Shown here piece after piece: positions 19,449 through 27,919 of a stretch of DNA of 33,008 nucleotides (its first letter is position 1; every line of letters begins with the position of its first letter). This DNA is from Chloroflexota bacterium (GTDB taxonomy: Bacteria; Chloroflexota; UBA11872; UBA12225), in NCBI GenBank assembly GCA_014191415.1, contig BJHB01000003.1:1-33008 (forward strand). Reading direction: 5' to 3'. The translations under genes and the position numbers were made by a program. The notes beneath the pieces were generated by a model, which was given only the letters and a program-made list of their open reading frames with translations, was not told where the DNA came from and searched no databases.

Positions 19449-20033
19449 TCATTCCGGGAAGGGGAAGGTCTCGGGTTCGTCGTCATCGTCCCCCTGCGCG
19501 TCATCGTCGGATGGGTCTTGACGGGACTCGCGTTCGGCAGCGTCCCGTGCGTTGTGCGACGCAATCGCTCCCATCGCCGTCATCCCGTCCGCCATGATTG
19601 CCCGCAATTCCGGGAAGAAATGGTCAATCTGCGAGACTGCGCCGAGGAGATGATCGGCGAAAGCCTCGGTGATCACCGCCGGAAACGGGCCTGTCCATCG
19701 GAAGGAGATGTCACCGTCATCGGGATCGATGTAGGCATGTCCGGCGGTCAGCCACCGGCCATTGAGGTAGTTGAGGAAGCGGTGCGCTTCGTCGAACTGG
19801 TGCGGGGACACGGCCATCAACGGAAATGATCCGGCGTGGCGTCCACCTGTCCGGATGTAGGCGCGCAGGTCAAAGTTCCACCACTCCTCGGCCGACTGCC
19901 AGGCAACGATGGAGATGGAATAGGGCGCGTTGGTCCCGCCAAACCCGGTCAGCAGGCGCTCGTCCTCGAAGTCGTGCTTGATCTCCAGTTGGTCGAAAAC
20001 ACGTCCGAGGGCTTCAAGTGGTTCAGGGATCAT
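19449..20033 (-). CDS. Probable YbjN-like (type III chaperone fold) protein with acidic tail
   Basis: FLNYLN.RW..GHAYIDPDDGDISFR resembles YbjN. GGAGG RBS. Confidence 0.65.
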   Translation of the reverse strand: MIPEPLEALGRVFDQLEIKHDFEDERLLTGFGGTNAPYSISIVAWQSAEEWWNFDLRAYIRTGGRHAGSFPLMAVSPHQFDEAHRFLNYLNGRWLTAGHAYIDPDDGDISFRWTGPFPAVITEAFADHLLGAVSQIDHFFPELRAIMADGMTAMGAIASHNARDAAERESRQDPSDDDAQGDDDDEPETFPFPE

Positions 20034-20085
20034 GGCAAACCTCCATGGGGCAAGGTTGTGAAACCGGTGTGATCAGAAGGGGAAT

Positions 20086-20115
20086 CCGTGCCACGCCATC
20101 ACTTGGGTGGCACGG
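20086..20115 (-). terminator. Hairpin downstream of the Clp-N-like gene
   Basis: Perfect 9-bp stem ccgtgccac/gtggcacgg, 8 nt past the stop codon. Only a weak pyrimidine tail. Confidence 0.45.
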
Positions 20116-20123
20116 CGCTCTTC

Positions 20124-20501
20124 TTAGTGGTTCTGGCGCACGAGGGCACGTGTGGCCATCAGGGCGTCGGCGTTGATGCCGGCTGCCGCAAAGAGATCGG
20201 CAACCCCGGCGCGGAGGTGGTCGGGCGTGATGGCCGACGCACCTGCCTCATGCGCGATCCGCGTCGACGCTGCCAGTACGGCGTTGACCTGCGCGGTCGT
20301 GCGTGCGCCCGGTACCACCGTCACTGCTACGCCGGGTACGCCGGCCTCGAGGGCGTCTAGCAGGTGCCGGCCGGATACGACCACCGGGGTCGCGTCGTCC
20401 GCATCCGTCCGTCCGTGCGCGGCGAACGAGGCCGCCTGGGCCAGCACGGCGCGCGATTGGTCGTCAAGGGGAAGTGTCTGGGGCTTGGATCCTGCACTCA
20501 T
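20124..20501 (-). CDS. Stand-alone Clp N-terminal-domain-like protein
   Basis: Two repeats, RAVLAQAASFA..VSGRHLLDAL and NAVLAASTRIA..ITPDHLRAGV. GGAGG RBS. Confidence 0.65.
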   Translation of the reverse strand: MSAGSKPQTLPLDDQSRAVLAQAASFAAHGRTDADDATPVVVSGRHLLDALEAGVPGVAVTVVPGARTTAQVNAVLAASTRIAHEAGASAITPDHLRAGVADLFAAAGINADALMATRALVRQNH

Positions 20502-20734
20502 TGCATGAACCTCCGGGTGCGTCCGTCCGGTTTTCGCGACGCATCTCGAACTCATAGGTACCGCGCAATCGCCTGTGTGACAGACCTCCATCCACTTTTC
20601 CCGACCACTCCATGTCGTGCGCCCACGGTGGCGAACCCACGGCATTCGGGTGTCACGCGCGGCGAACAATGAGTGTTTCAAACTGATCAGCGACTGCCCG
20701 AGTCCCCCACGGAGTACCATCGGCACGCTAGGAA

Positions 20735-22750
20735 ATGTCGTTGATGAACGTTCGCTGGGTCGGCCGGTTCGCCGTCGCACTCCTGACCCTGTCTGTCATG
20801 TGGGCTTCCCCGATGGCGAGGGCAGCCGGTGATGTTGCACCAACGGCAATCCCGGGTGCTTCCACGGCTGCGGGTGCAACCGCCCGCATCCTGTACCGCA
20901 CCCATCCCTCACCGGTGATGCGCGCCGCCGGATATGTCCGTGCTCTTGGCGTCTCACCCGGGGCGGCTGTGCGGGCGGTCCGAACCGCTGCCGTCACCCC
21001 CAACCTGCCAGACCTCGATATCCAGTCGGTCGATGTGCCTGCCGGTGACCTGGATGCCGCCCTTGCAACCCTCCGAGGGCGAGCTGATGTCCTGTGGGCG
21101 GAAAAGGTCGTGGCCCGGCACGTGCGCCGTGACGTCCTCCCCCCGCCATCGCCCCTGATTGAAATGCGCGGCGTTGGCGAAATGGACGCCTCACGGTCCG
21201 ACCTGCCAGCAAACCCGGCACCATCGGCCATCCTGAACACCCCCAATGACCCGTCGTATTCGATCCAGTGGGGACTGGTCAGCAGCGGTGCCAGTGCCGT
21301 CTGGCCTCGTGCGGGCGCACTGAATGCCGGTACGACTGTCCTGGTTGGCATCGTGGACACCGGCGTGTACCTCACGCACCCGGACTTGGTGTCGCGCCTC
21401 GCGCCGAACAGCACGTGGGGGCGGTGTGACAGTGGCACCTGCCTCGCGTACAACGCCGGCAACAGTGCCACTTGGCCTAATGACGGCGATGGCCACGGCA
21501 GTCACGTGGCAGGCATCGTCGCCGCGGCAACGAACAACGGCGTCGGCGTCGCGGGCGTCGCGGGCGACCGGCCGGTGCAAATCGTGCCGGTCCAGGTGCT
21601 GGATGCCAATGGCAGTGGCACCGACGAAGGGGTGGTGGCGGGTATCGACTGGGCCGTCTCGAAGGGCGTGAAGGTCATCAACCTCAGCATTGGCGGTGGG
21701 GAATCCCAAGCCGACAAGGACGCCATCGACGCGGCTGCGATTGCCGGGGTAGTCTTCATCACCTCCGCCGGGAACTGCGGTGGTGCCTCGTGGTCACTCA
21801 ACGGTTGTTCGATGATGAACGATGCCGACTGGCCAGCTGCCTACGCGGGAACCTCTGCCGGGGCGGGCAAGCTGATTCCGGTAGCGGCCACCTCAAGCAC
21901 CGGGGTCGTTGCGGAGTTCTCCTCCCAGACGAGTTACGTGGCATCGGCTGGCATCGCCGCTCCGGGTGACAACATCTACAGCACGTTCGTCACCACCAAG
22001 CGTCAACCGGTTGCGTACGCCTACGAATCCGGCACCTCGATGGCGTCACCACACGTCGCCGGGGCTGCCGCGGTGCTTCTCTCGACCTTCCCCAACCTCA
22101 CACGCGCACAGGTCATCAGCATCCTGCTTGGTTCGGCAACCGCCGACACCACCACCCGTGCCAACCCGAACGCGTATGGCAAGGGTCGACTGAACCTGGA
22201 TGCCGCCTTCACCTTGGCCCTCGGACAGTCCGCCGGCACCGTGACGCGCACCGCCAGCCCGACGGTGACCCGGTCCGTCACCGTCACTCCGACGCGGACC
22301 GCCTTGCCGACCACCACGCCTACCTCGACGGTGACGACGACGCCGACCATCACACGCACCGCAACGGTCACGGTCACCCCGACCCGGACCATGACCGCGA
22401 CGGTCACCCAGACACCTACCAGGACGTCGACCGCAACGGTGACGCCAACCACTACAAATACGCCGACGGTCACGGTGACCCGGACGGCAACCAAGACCCT
22501 GACGCCAACCCCGACCATCACCCGCACGCCGACGGTGACGACCACCCCAACCGCGACGATGACCGCGACAAAGACGGCAACGGTGACCCGGACCGCGACC
22601 GCAACCGTGACGCCGACGGTGACCCGGACCGCCACTGCGACGGTGACCCGGACCGCCACTGCGACCCGCACTGTGACCCGGACGGCAACGGCAACACCCA
22701 CGGTGACCCCGACCCGCACGGCCACGCGCCGTCCGACGCGGACACCCTGA
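20735..22750 (+). CDS. Secreted S8 subtilase (thermitase-like) with about 170 aa of Thr-rich C-terminal tail
   Basis: Signal peptide, PNDP, IVDTGV, GHGSHVAG, SAGN, SGTSMASPHVAG. The start may be 20744. Confidence 0.94.
   Translation: MSLMNVRWVGRFAVALLTLSVMWASPMARAAGDVAPTAIPGASTAAGATARILYRTHPSPVMRAAGYVRALGVSPGAAVRAVRTAAVTPNLPDLDIQSVDVPAGDLDAALATLRGRADVLWAEKVVARHVRRDVLPPPSPLIEMRGVGEMDASRSDLPANPAPSAILNTPNDPSYSIQWGLVSSGASAVWPRAGALNAGTTVLVGIVDTGVYLTHPDLVSRLAPNSTWGRCDSGTCLAYNAGNSATWPNDGDGHGSHVAGIVAAATNNGVGVAGVAGDRPVQIVPVQVLDANGSGTDEGVVAGIDWAVSKGVKVINLSIGGGESQADKDAIDAAAIAGVVFITSAGNCGGASWSLNGCSMMNDADWPAAYAGTSAGAGKLIPVAATSSTGVVAEFSSQTSYVASAGIAAPGDNIYSTFVTTKRQPVAYAYESGTSMASPHVAGAAAVLLSTFPNLTRAQVISILLGSATADTTTRANPNAYGKGRLNLDAAFTLALGQSAGTVTRTASPTVTRSVTVTPTRTALPTTTPTSTVTTTPTITRTATVTVTPTRTMTATVTQTPTRTSTATVTPTTTNTPTVTVTRTATKTLTPTPTITRTPTVTTTPTATMTATKTATVTRTATATVTPTVTRTATATVTRTATATRTVTRTATATPTVTPTRTATRRPTRTP
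22238..22747 (+). repeat. Low-complexity coding repeat (TVTRTATA-like)
   Basis: Includes an exact 24-bp tandem, cgacggtgacccggaccgccactg, at 22614-22637 and 22638-22661. Confidence 0.85.
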
Positions 22751-22817
22751 CCAACCGGGTCGGTACGTAGCCGGTACGTGGCCCGGAAAGATTGACGAGG
22801 GAGACCGTCTGTCCGGG

Positions 22818-23720
22818 CTAGCCCTTGAGGCGCTTGCGGGACAGGATCATCGGGATCGCCTTGGATAGCCGGGCGTCGCGCGTTTCCGGGCGCTTGGCAT
22901 CGGCAATCCACAGGGCAAATTCGCGGCGCATCGATGGCGAGAGGGCTTCCCACGCCGCGCGCGCACCCGGTTCGGCATCGATGGCCGTGGCGAGGGCATC
23001 GGGCACATCGGCCTCACGCGGTGCGAGGTCCAGGGTGACTGTCACGTGCACTACCTCGCCCGGGCCCTTGCCGAGTTCCGCAAGCACATCCTTCCGGCAC
23101 AGCAGCATGGCGTGTTCGCCACCCATGCGTGCGAGGCTGCCCCGGTAATCCACCCGGTCATCCCAGGTTGCGACGACCGGCACCAGATTGCCCTTGCCGA
23201 ATGTCTCGCGCAGGTCCCACGGAAAATCCACGAAGCAGGCGGCCCCCGAAGCCTCAGATTGATGCAGGGTCGCCTCGAAATGGATCGGGCCGGGATCCCG
23301 TACCGATTCGACCGATGCCTTGCCTCGTCCTCCACCCTTCGCGGCGATGTGATCGACACGCCATCGCGTGAGGCGACGCACCAGATCGAGGGGAAGCTCG
23401 CGGTCGTGCGGGAACTGGATTGCCCCCTTTGAGGTCACGAACCCCTGTACCTCGTCTTCGAAGGCGGTCATCGCCTCTGTGCCGGGATAGACACCTACAT
23501 GCCGGGCATACCCGCCGATGTGGATGATGTTCTCACCGGCATGCCACGTGGCCGTCCCATACGCAATCCGTTCGGTCGCATGGGGTGCCTCCTCCCGGAT
23601 CGCCTCGCGCAGCATGATCAGTCGTGCGCGTGAGGATTCGGGACAGGTTTTGATGTACGCATCCACCTCGGGTGATGGTGAGGCAGTCGACTGGTGCGGG
23701 ATGGGCGGCGATCCGGACAT
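22818..23720 (-). CDS. DUF1801(YdhG)-DUF1905-YdeI/OmdA fusion protein
   Basis: EVDAYI..TERIAYG..HVGVYP..SKGAIQFP; FVDFP..GKGNLVPV..YRGSLARMG; VPDAL..LSPS..WIADAKRPETR. Start chosen at ATG 23720. Confidence 0.85.
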   Translation of the reverse strand: MSGSPPIPHQSTASPSPEVDAYIKTCPESSRARLIMLREAIREEAPHATERIAYGTATWHAGENIIHIGGYARHVGVYPGTEAMTAFEDEVQGFVTSKGAIQFPHDRELPLDLVRRLTRWRVDHIAAKGGGRGKASVESVRDPGPIHFEATLHQSEASGAACFVDFPWDLRETFGKGNLVPVVATWDDRVDYRGSLARMGGEHAMLLCRKDVLAELGKGPGEVVHVTVTLDLAPREADVPDALATAIDAEPGARAAWEALSPSMRREFALWIADAKRPETRDARLSKAIPMILSRKRLKG

Positions 23721-23911
23721 GTCCACGATGGTAGACCGAACCGGGCGCACGGCGTCAACCCCTGACCTGACACGTAGGGGCAATCGACAGGCATGGCCCG
23801 ACAGGCATGGCGACGAGGTGTGCGGGACCGGCGAGGGTGCCGGCGCTCCCAAGATGTGATCCGTCGTTTTCGACGATATTCCCGGTTAACCAGACACCAT
23901 CGAAAGCGGGG

Positions 23912-25069
23912 TCACGGACGTTCGTCGTCTGGGTGAAGCAGCGAGGTGCGTCGCGGACCACGGAAGGGATAGCGCGCCAAGGCGTCCTCGTGCAGGTCCA
24001 TGCCGACCCCGGGCCCTTCCGGCAACGGCAGGTAGCCACCAACCTGCACGATCGGATCGGGTGAGAGTTCGGCCGCGTACCGGTCCCACCCGGCAAAGTG
24101 TTCGAAGATGATGAAGTTCGGCATCACGGCGGCCACCTGCAGACTCGCCGCGAGGCCGATGGCAGTGCTGTTGTTCCCGTGGGGCGCGACGGCCACGGCA
24201 TGTGCCTCCGCCATCGCCCCGATCTCCTTGAGTTCGAGGATGCCCCCGACATTGCAGATGTCCGGATTGATGATGTCGGCGGCGCGCTTGTCGAAGACCT
24301 CCCGGAAATCGTGCTTGGTGTAGAGCGTTTCGCCCACGACGACCGGGATGGAGATTTTCTGGCGCACCTCGGCAGTCGCGTCAAGGTTCTCGGCAGGTGT
24401 CGGTTCCTCGAACCAGAACGGGTCGTACTTGGCAATCGCATTCGCCACATGGATGGCGTGACGCGGTGCGAGACGCCGGTGTACCTCGATCAGGATGTCG
24501 ACTGTGGGGCCAACCTCCTCTCGTACGGCCGCGACATTTTCCACGGCCGTCCGCTCGACGTCGCGTTCGACCCATGTCTGCCACGGGCCGGGAAAGGGAT
24601 CGAACTTGATGGCGGAATACCCGAGTTCCAGGGTGTGCCGTGCCCGCCGGGCCAGTCCGGCGGGACCGGTGAGGCCATCAGCCTGCGCCACGAGATGGCC
24701 GTAGCACCGGATGCGCCCACGTACTGGCCCGCCAAGCATGTTGCGGACCGGTGTGCCGAGGGCCTTGCCGACGATATCCCACAAGGCAATCTCGAGGCCC
24801 GACAGCGCACAGTAAAGGTCGAGACCGCCGCGCTTGATTGCCACGTCCCGATAGATTGCCTGAGTGAAATGCCGGATATGGAACGGATCCCGGCCGATCA
24901 GGAACGGTGCAAGGTCGTGCAAGAGGGCCTCAAGCGCACGTTCGTGGGCGTTGACGGTGTAACTCTCGCCCCATCCGTGGATGCCTGCGTCGGTCTCGAC
25001 CTTGACGAAGCAGACTGGCTTGCCTGTGGGCGGTTGCACCAGATATGGCTTGACCGCAGTGACCTTCAT
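23912..25069 (-). CDS. Galactonate dehydratase-like enolase-superfamily protein
   Basis: VKVETDAGIHGWGE, SGLEIALWDIVGK, KFDPF, IEVH, FEEP, GE, NPDICNVGGI, APH. Confidence 0.9.
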   Translation of the reverse strand: MKVTAVKPYLVQPPTGKPVCFVKVETDAGIHGWGESYTVNAHERALEALLHDLAPFLIGRDPFHIRHFTQAIYRDVAIKRGGLDLYCALSGLEIALWDIVGKALGTPVRNMLGGPVRGRIRCYGHLVAQADGLTGPAGLARRARHTLELGYSAIKFDPFPGPWQTWVERDVERTAVENVAAVREEVGPTVDILIEVHRRLAPRHAIHVANAIAKYDPFWFEEPTPAENLDATAEVRQKISIPVVVGETLYTKHDFREVFDKRAADIINPDICNVGGILELKEIGAMAEAHAVAVAPHGNNSTAIGLAASLQVAAVMPNFIIFEHFAGWDRYAAELSPDPIVQVGGYLPLPEGPGVGMDLHEDALARYPFRGPRRTSLLHPDDERP

Positions 25070-25205
25070 CGAGACCCTTTCTGGCATGGGATGCCGTAGT
25101 GCTACCGGATCATCACCGGTGGCGTGGCATCGTACCCGGCGGGTGGCACGACTTGACGCGACCGGACTCTCAAACACCGGAAGTGCCTGCTTTCCATGCT
25201 CGTAC

Positions 25206-25234
25206 TTGACCGTACTTGAAGACAGGATTATGCT
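25206..25234 (+). promoter_or_regulatory. Sigma70-type promoter for the GYD gene
   Basis: TTGACC (25206-25211), 17 nt, TATGCT (25229-25234). Confidence 0.6.
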
Positions 25235-25288
25235 GAAAAAACTGATGTGTAACCTGTTTGCGCCTTGGATGCTGAAAGGAACGTCATC

Positions 25289-25621
25289 ATGGCACTCTAC
25301 CTGTACGAGGCGTCGTACACCGCAGAATCGATCGCCGCGCAGATCAAGAACCCATCGGACCGCATTGCTGCAGTGACTGGCAGTGTCGGTGCGTCACTGG
25401 GGATCAAGGTTCTGGCGGCTGGCTACAGTTTCGGCGACCACGACGTCGTTTGCATTTGCGAGGCACCAGATGACGAGGCGATGGCGGCGTTCGCACTGGT
25501 CTTGGCATCCGGTGGTGCGTTGCGCGCCGCCAAGACCACCAAGCTTCTCGACGGCCACCAGTGGGTGAGTGCCCTGACGAAGGCACAGCATGCCTCGCCA
25601 AGCTACAAGCCGGCTCGCTAA
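25289..25621 (+). CDS. GYD-domain protein
   Basis: YLYEASYTAES, YSFGDHDVV.I.EAPD, KTTKLL. AAAGGA RBS. Confidence 0.88.
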   Translation: MALYLYEASYTAESIAAQIKNPSDRIAAVTGSVGASLGIKVLAAGYSFGDHDVVCICEAPDDEAMAAFALVLASGGALRAAKTTKLLDGHQWVSALTKAQHASPSYKPAR

Positions 25622-25748
25622 GGAACCCTGCACCAAAACAAGTAGTCCGGCCACATCCCTGGCCGAGCCGTCCGCCTGTTTCCAATCCGAGCAGGACGTC
25701 CGTCACCCGAACCATCTGCGAGTGGTTTCGTTCCGCAGTAGGCCGTGG

Positions 25749-26315
25749 CTACCGGCCCGAACCGATGGTGCCGTAGCGGGGTGCAGGTGCGCGATAGGTG
25801 GTCGGGCGGGGTGTCGGTGACGGCAGGGCATAGGGGTTGAGGGCGCGCGCGGTCCCTCGCTGGTCGTAGCCGCTGCCGGAATATGGCGACACGAAGCTTG
25901 TCGTGGCGTTGTCGCCGGAGAAGTAGGTCCGCGCCGAACTGCCATCGTCGTAGGTGGTCGTGCCCCAGTTGCCCGACCGGTAGCCTCGCGACGTGGTGCC
26001 GTCATCCCATGTGGTGGTCGTCCAGTTCCCGGACTGGTACGTGCGGGAAGTGCGGCCATCACTGTAGGAGGTTGTGGTCCAGTTGCCTGATTGGTACGTG
26101 CGCGCATAGCTGCCGTCACTGTAGTTCGTGGTGGCAGAGTTGCCGGAGTAGTACGTGCGCGAGGACGAACCGTCGTCACACGTGGTCGTAGCCCACGAAC
26201 TGCCTGATGAGCGGTAGGTACGGCAGTCCGCGTCGGCAACGGTCGGGACCAGCGCCAAGCCGATTCCCAGGACTGCCAACCCTGCCACCAAAGCGCGACG
26301 CCAATGCGAACTCAT
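25749..26315 (-). CDS. Secreted hypothetical protein with 19-aa tandem repeats
   Basis: Signal peptide (RRALVAGLAVLGIGLALVPTVADA), repeats RTYxSGNxxTTxYxDGxxx, GAGGTG RBS. Confidence 0.85.
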   Translation of the reverse strand: MSSHWRRALVAGLAVLGIGLALVPTVADADCRTYRSSGSSWATTTCDDGSSSRTYYSGNSATTNYSDGSYARTYQSGNWTTTSYSDGRTSRTYQSGNWTTTTWDDGTTSRGYRSGNWGTTTYDDGSSARTYFSGDNATTSFVSPYSGSGYDQRGTARALNPYALPSPTPRPTTYRAPAPRYGTIGSGR

Positions 26316-27048
26316 CAATGCACCTCATCGTGCGCGACCCACCCGACCTGTCCGGCACGTGACGGGTACCGAACTCGTTGCGGACAACATCCCGCCAGGA
26401 TCACTGCAAAGATAGCACGGGTGCGAACTGAAAAAATGTAGGTTCCTGCGACTTCGTCCGCGGGCATCCCTGTCTGTATCACCTTGGGCGCGGCGCCTTG
26501 TGCATCCGCGCGCGAACCCACCAGTCCGGTGTTTGCGTCAATGGGTCATGAGGAATGAACCAGTGGCTGCCTCACCATGATTTGTCAGGTGCGATGCAGA
26601 AGGTGATATTTCACACGACTGGCCTTGTTCCGGCACACGCCACCGGGGTGATCGCATCGGACTTCCCGCCATGCTGCCGAGTGTCTATGAACGGCAATAG
26701 CGTGCAAAGATCAATCCCGCTTCGGGCCACGGCGAGTGGTTGGGTGGCCAACACAACATCTCTTGGGCGGTCTCACAGGCGATGCAACACCAAGCAGATT
26801 TTTGCTGCCATTTGATGATCTGGTGAGACCTTACTGCGGTTGCGCACGTGGTCCTGCAGGGTGTTGGCGATCAAGCACGACACCTTCGTCGCGGTGGCTA
26901 CGTACCATGCGTGGCAAGTGGAAGGTATGTCAGTAGACCTTTCAATCAGGTCACGGTGATCTGAATACCAGGACCGGAACTGGTGGTCGTTGCTAAAAAG
27001 GCACGGACGGATTGGGATGCCCGTCCGTGCCCGCGTGGAAGACCGGTG

Positions 27049-27579
27049 TTACGCCGGGATAAGGACCGTGTCGATGACGTGGATGATGCCGTTGGAAGCC
27101 TCGATGTCCGGAGTGACGACCAAAGAATCGTTGATCCGGACGCCACCCATCGTGCTGATCCGCAAATTCTGTCCCTGAAGGGTCGGTGCGGTCTGCAACT
27201 TCACAACGTCACTCGCCATCACGCGACCACTCACCACGTGATAGGTGAGGATCTTGGTCAGGAGGACTTTGTCCGCGAGGACCGTCTTGATGGTGTCTTC
27301 ACCGAGTTTGGCAAACGCCTCATCCGTCGGCGCAAAGACCGTCATGGCTCCGTCGCCCGAAAGCGCTTCCACAAGGCCAGCTTCCTTGACGGCTGCAAGA
27401 AGTGTGTTGAAGGAACCGGCCTGCATGGCCGTCTGGACAATGTTCTGCTTGGCGCCGTAGGCAGTGGGGATCATGTCCTCGTAGCACCCATCGGCCGAGG
27501 CGATTGCAACTGGCGCAAGTACGATGGATCCGGCAACCGTGGCAAGGCGTGATGCGAAAGCGCGACGGGACAAGGCCAT
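27049..27579 (-). CDS. Fasciclin (FAS1) domain protein with twin-arginine-like signal
   Basis: [50 protein letters not shown]. Confidence 0.93.
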   Translation of the reverse strand: MALSRRAFASRLATVAGSIVLAPVAIASADGCYEDMIPTAYGAKQNIVQTAMQAGSFNTLLAAVKEAGLVEALSGDGAMTVFAPTDEAFAKLGEDTIKTVLADKVLLTKILTYHVVSGRVMASDVVKLQTAPTLQGQNLRISTMGGVRINDSLVVTPDIEASNGIIHVIDTVLIPA

Positions 27580-27919
27580 CTTCTGTTCCTCCGGGTGTGT
27601 CCGGCACCTACCGGGCGCCGGGATGTGGCTGACAGGAGTACTACGCTGGTCGCAATGCTGTTCGCGAGCTAACCGGCATTTAGAGTGTAGGCGCAATGAA
27701 TGGACAGCCGGGGCAACAATTTTTGGTTCCCGGTTACACCTGCATTACATGCAGGAGGCCTGATGAACCGGACGCTACGGTGGCCAGGGTTCCCGCAGAC
27801 CCCGCCAATGACGGTCCTTGCGAAACCCTTCGCCATACTGGGTATCTTGAACCCATGGCATCCGCCACCGTCATCGTCCACCGGGATCCTTGCCAGCCAC
27901 GTCGACGCTTGCCGCAGCC

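Noticed and set aside
12715-20075. Similar tgtgaaaccg..tgatc motifs at about 12715 and 20057
   Set aside because: The match is short and gapped, the adjacent genes are unrelated, and the orientation relative to them differs.
22021-22953. Val-rich ORFs (this one and 10165-10755) that look like membrane proteins
   Set aside because: They are antisense shadows of the Thr-rich subtilase tails.
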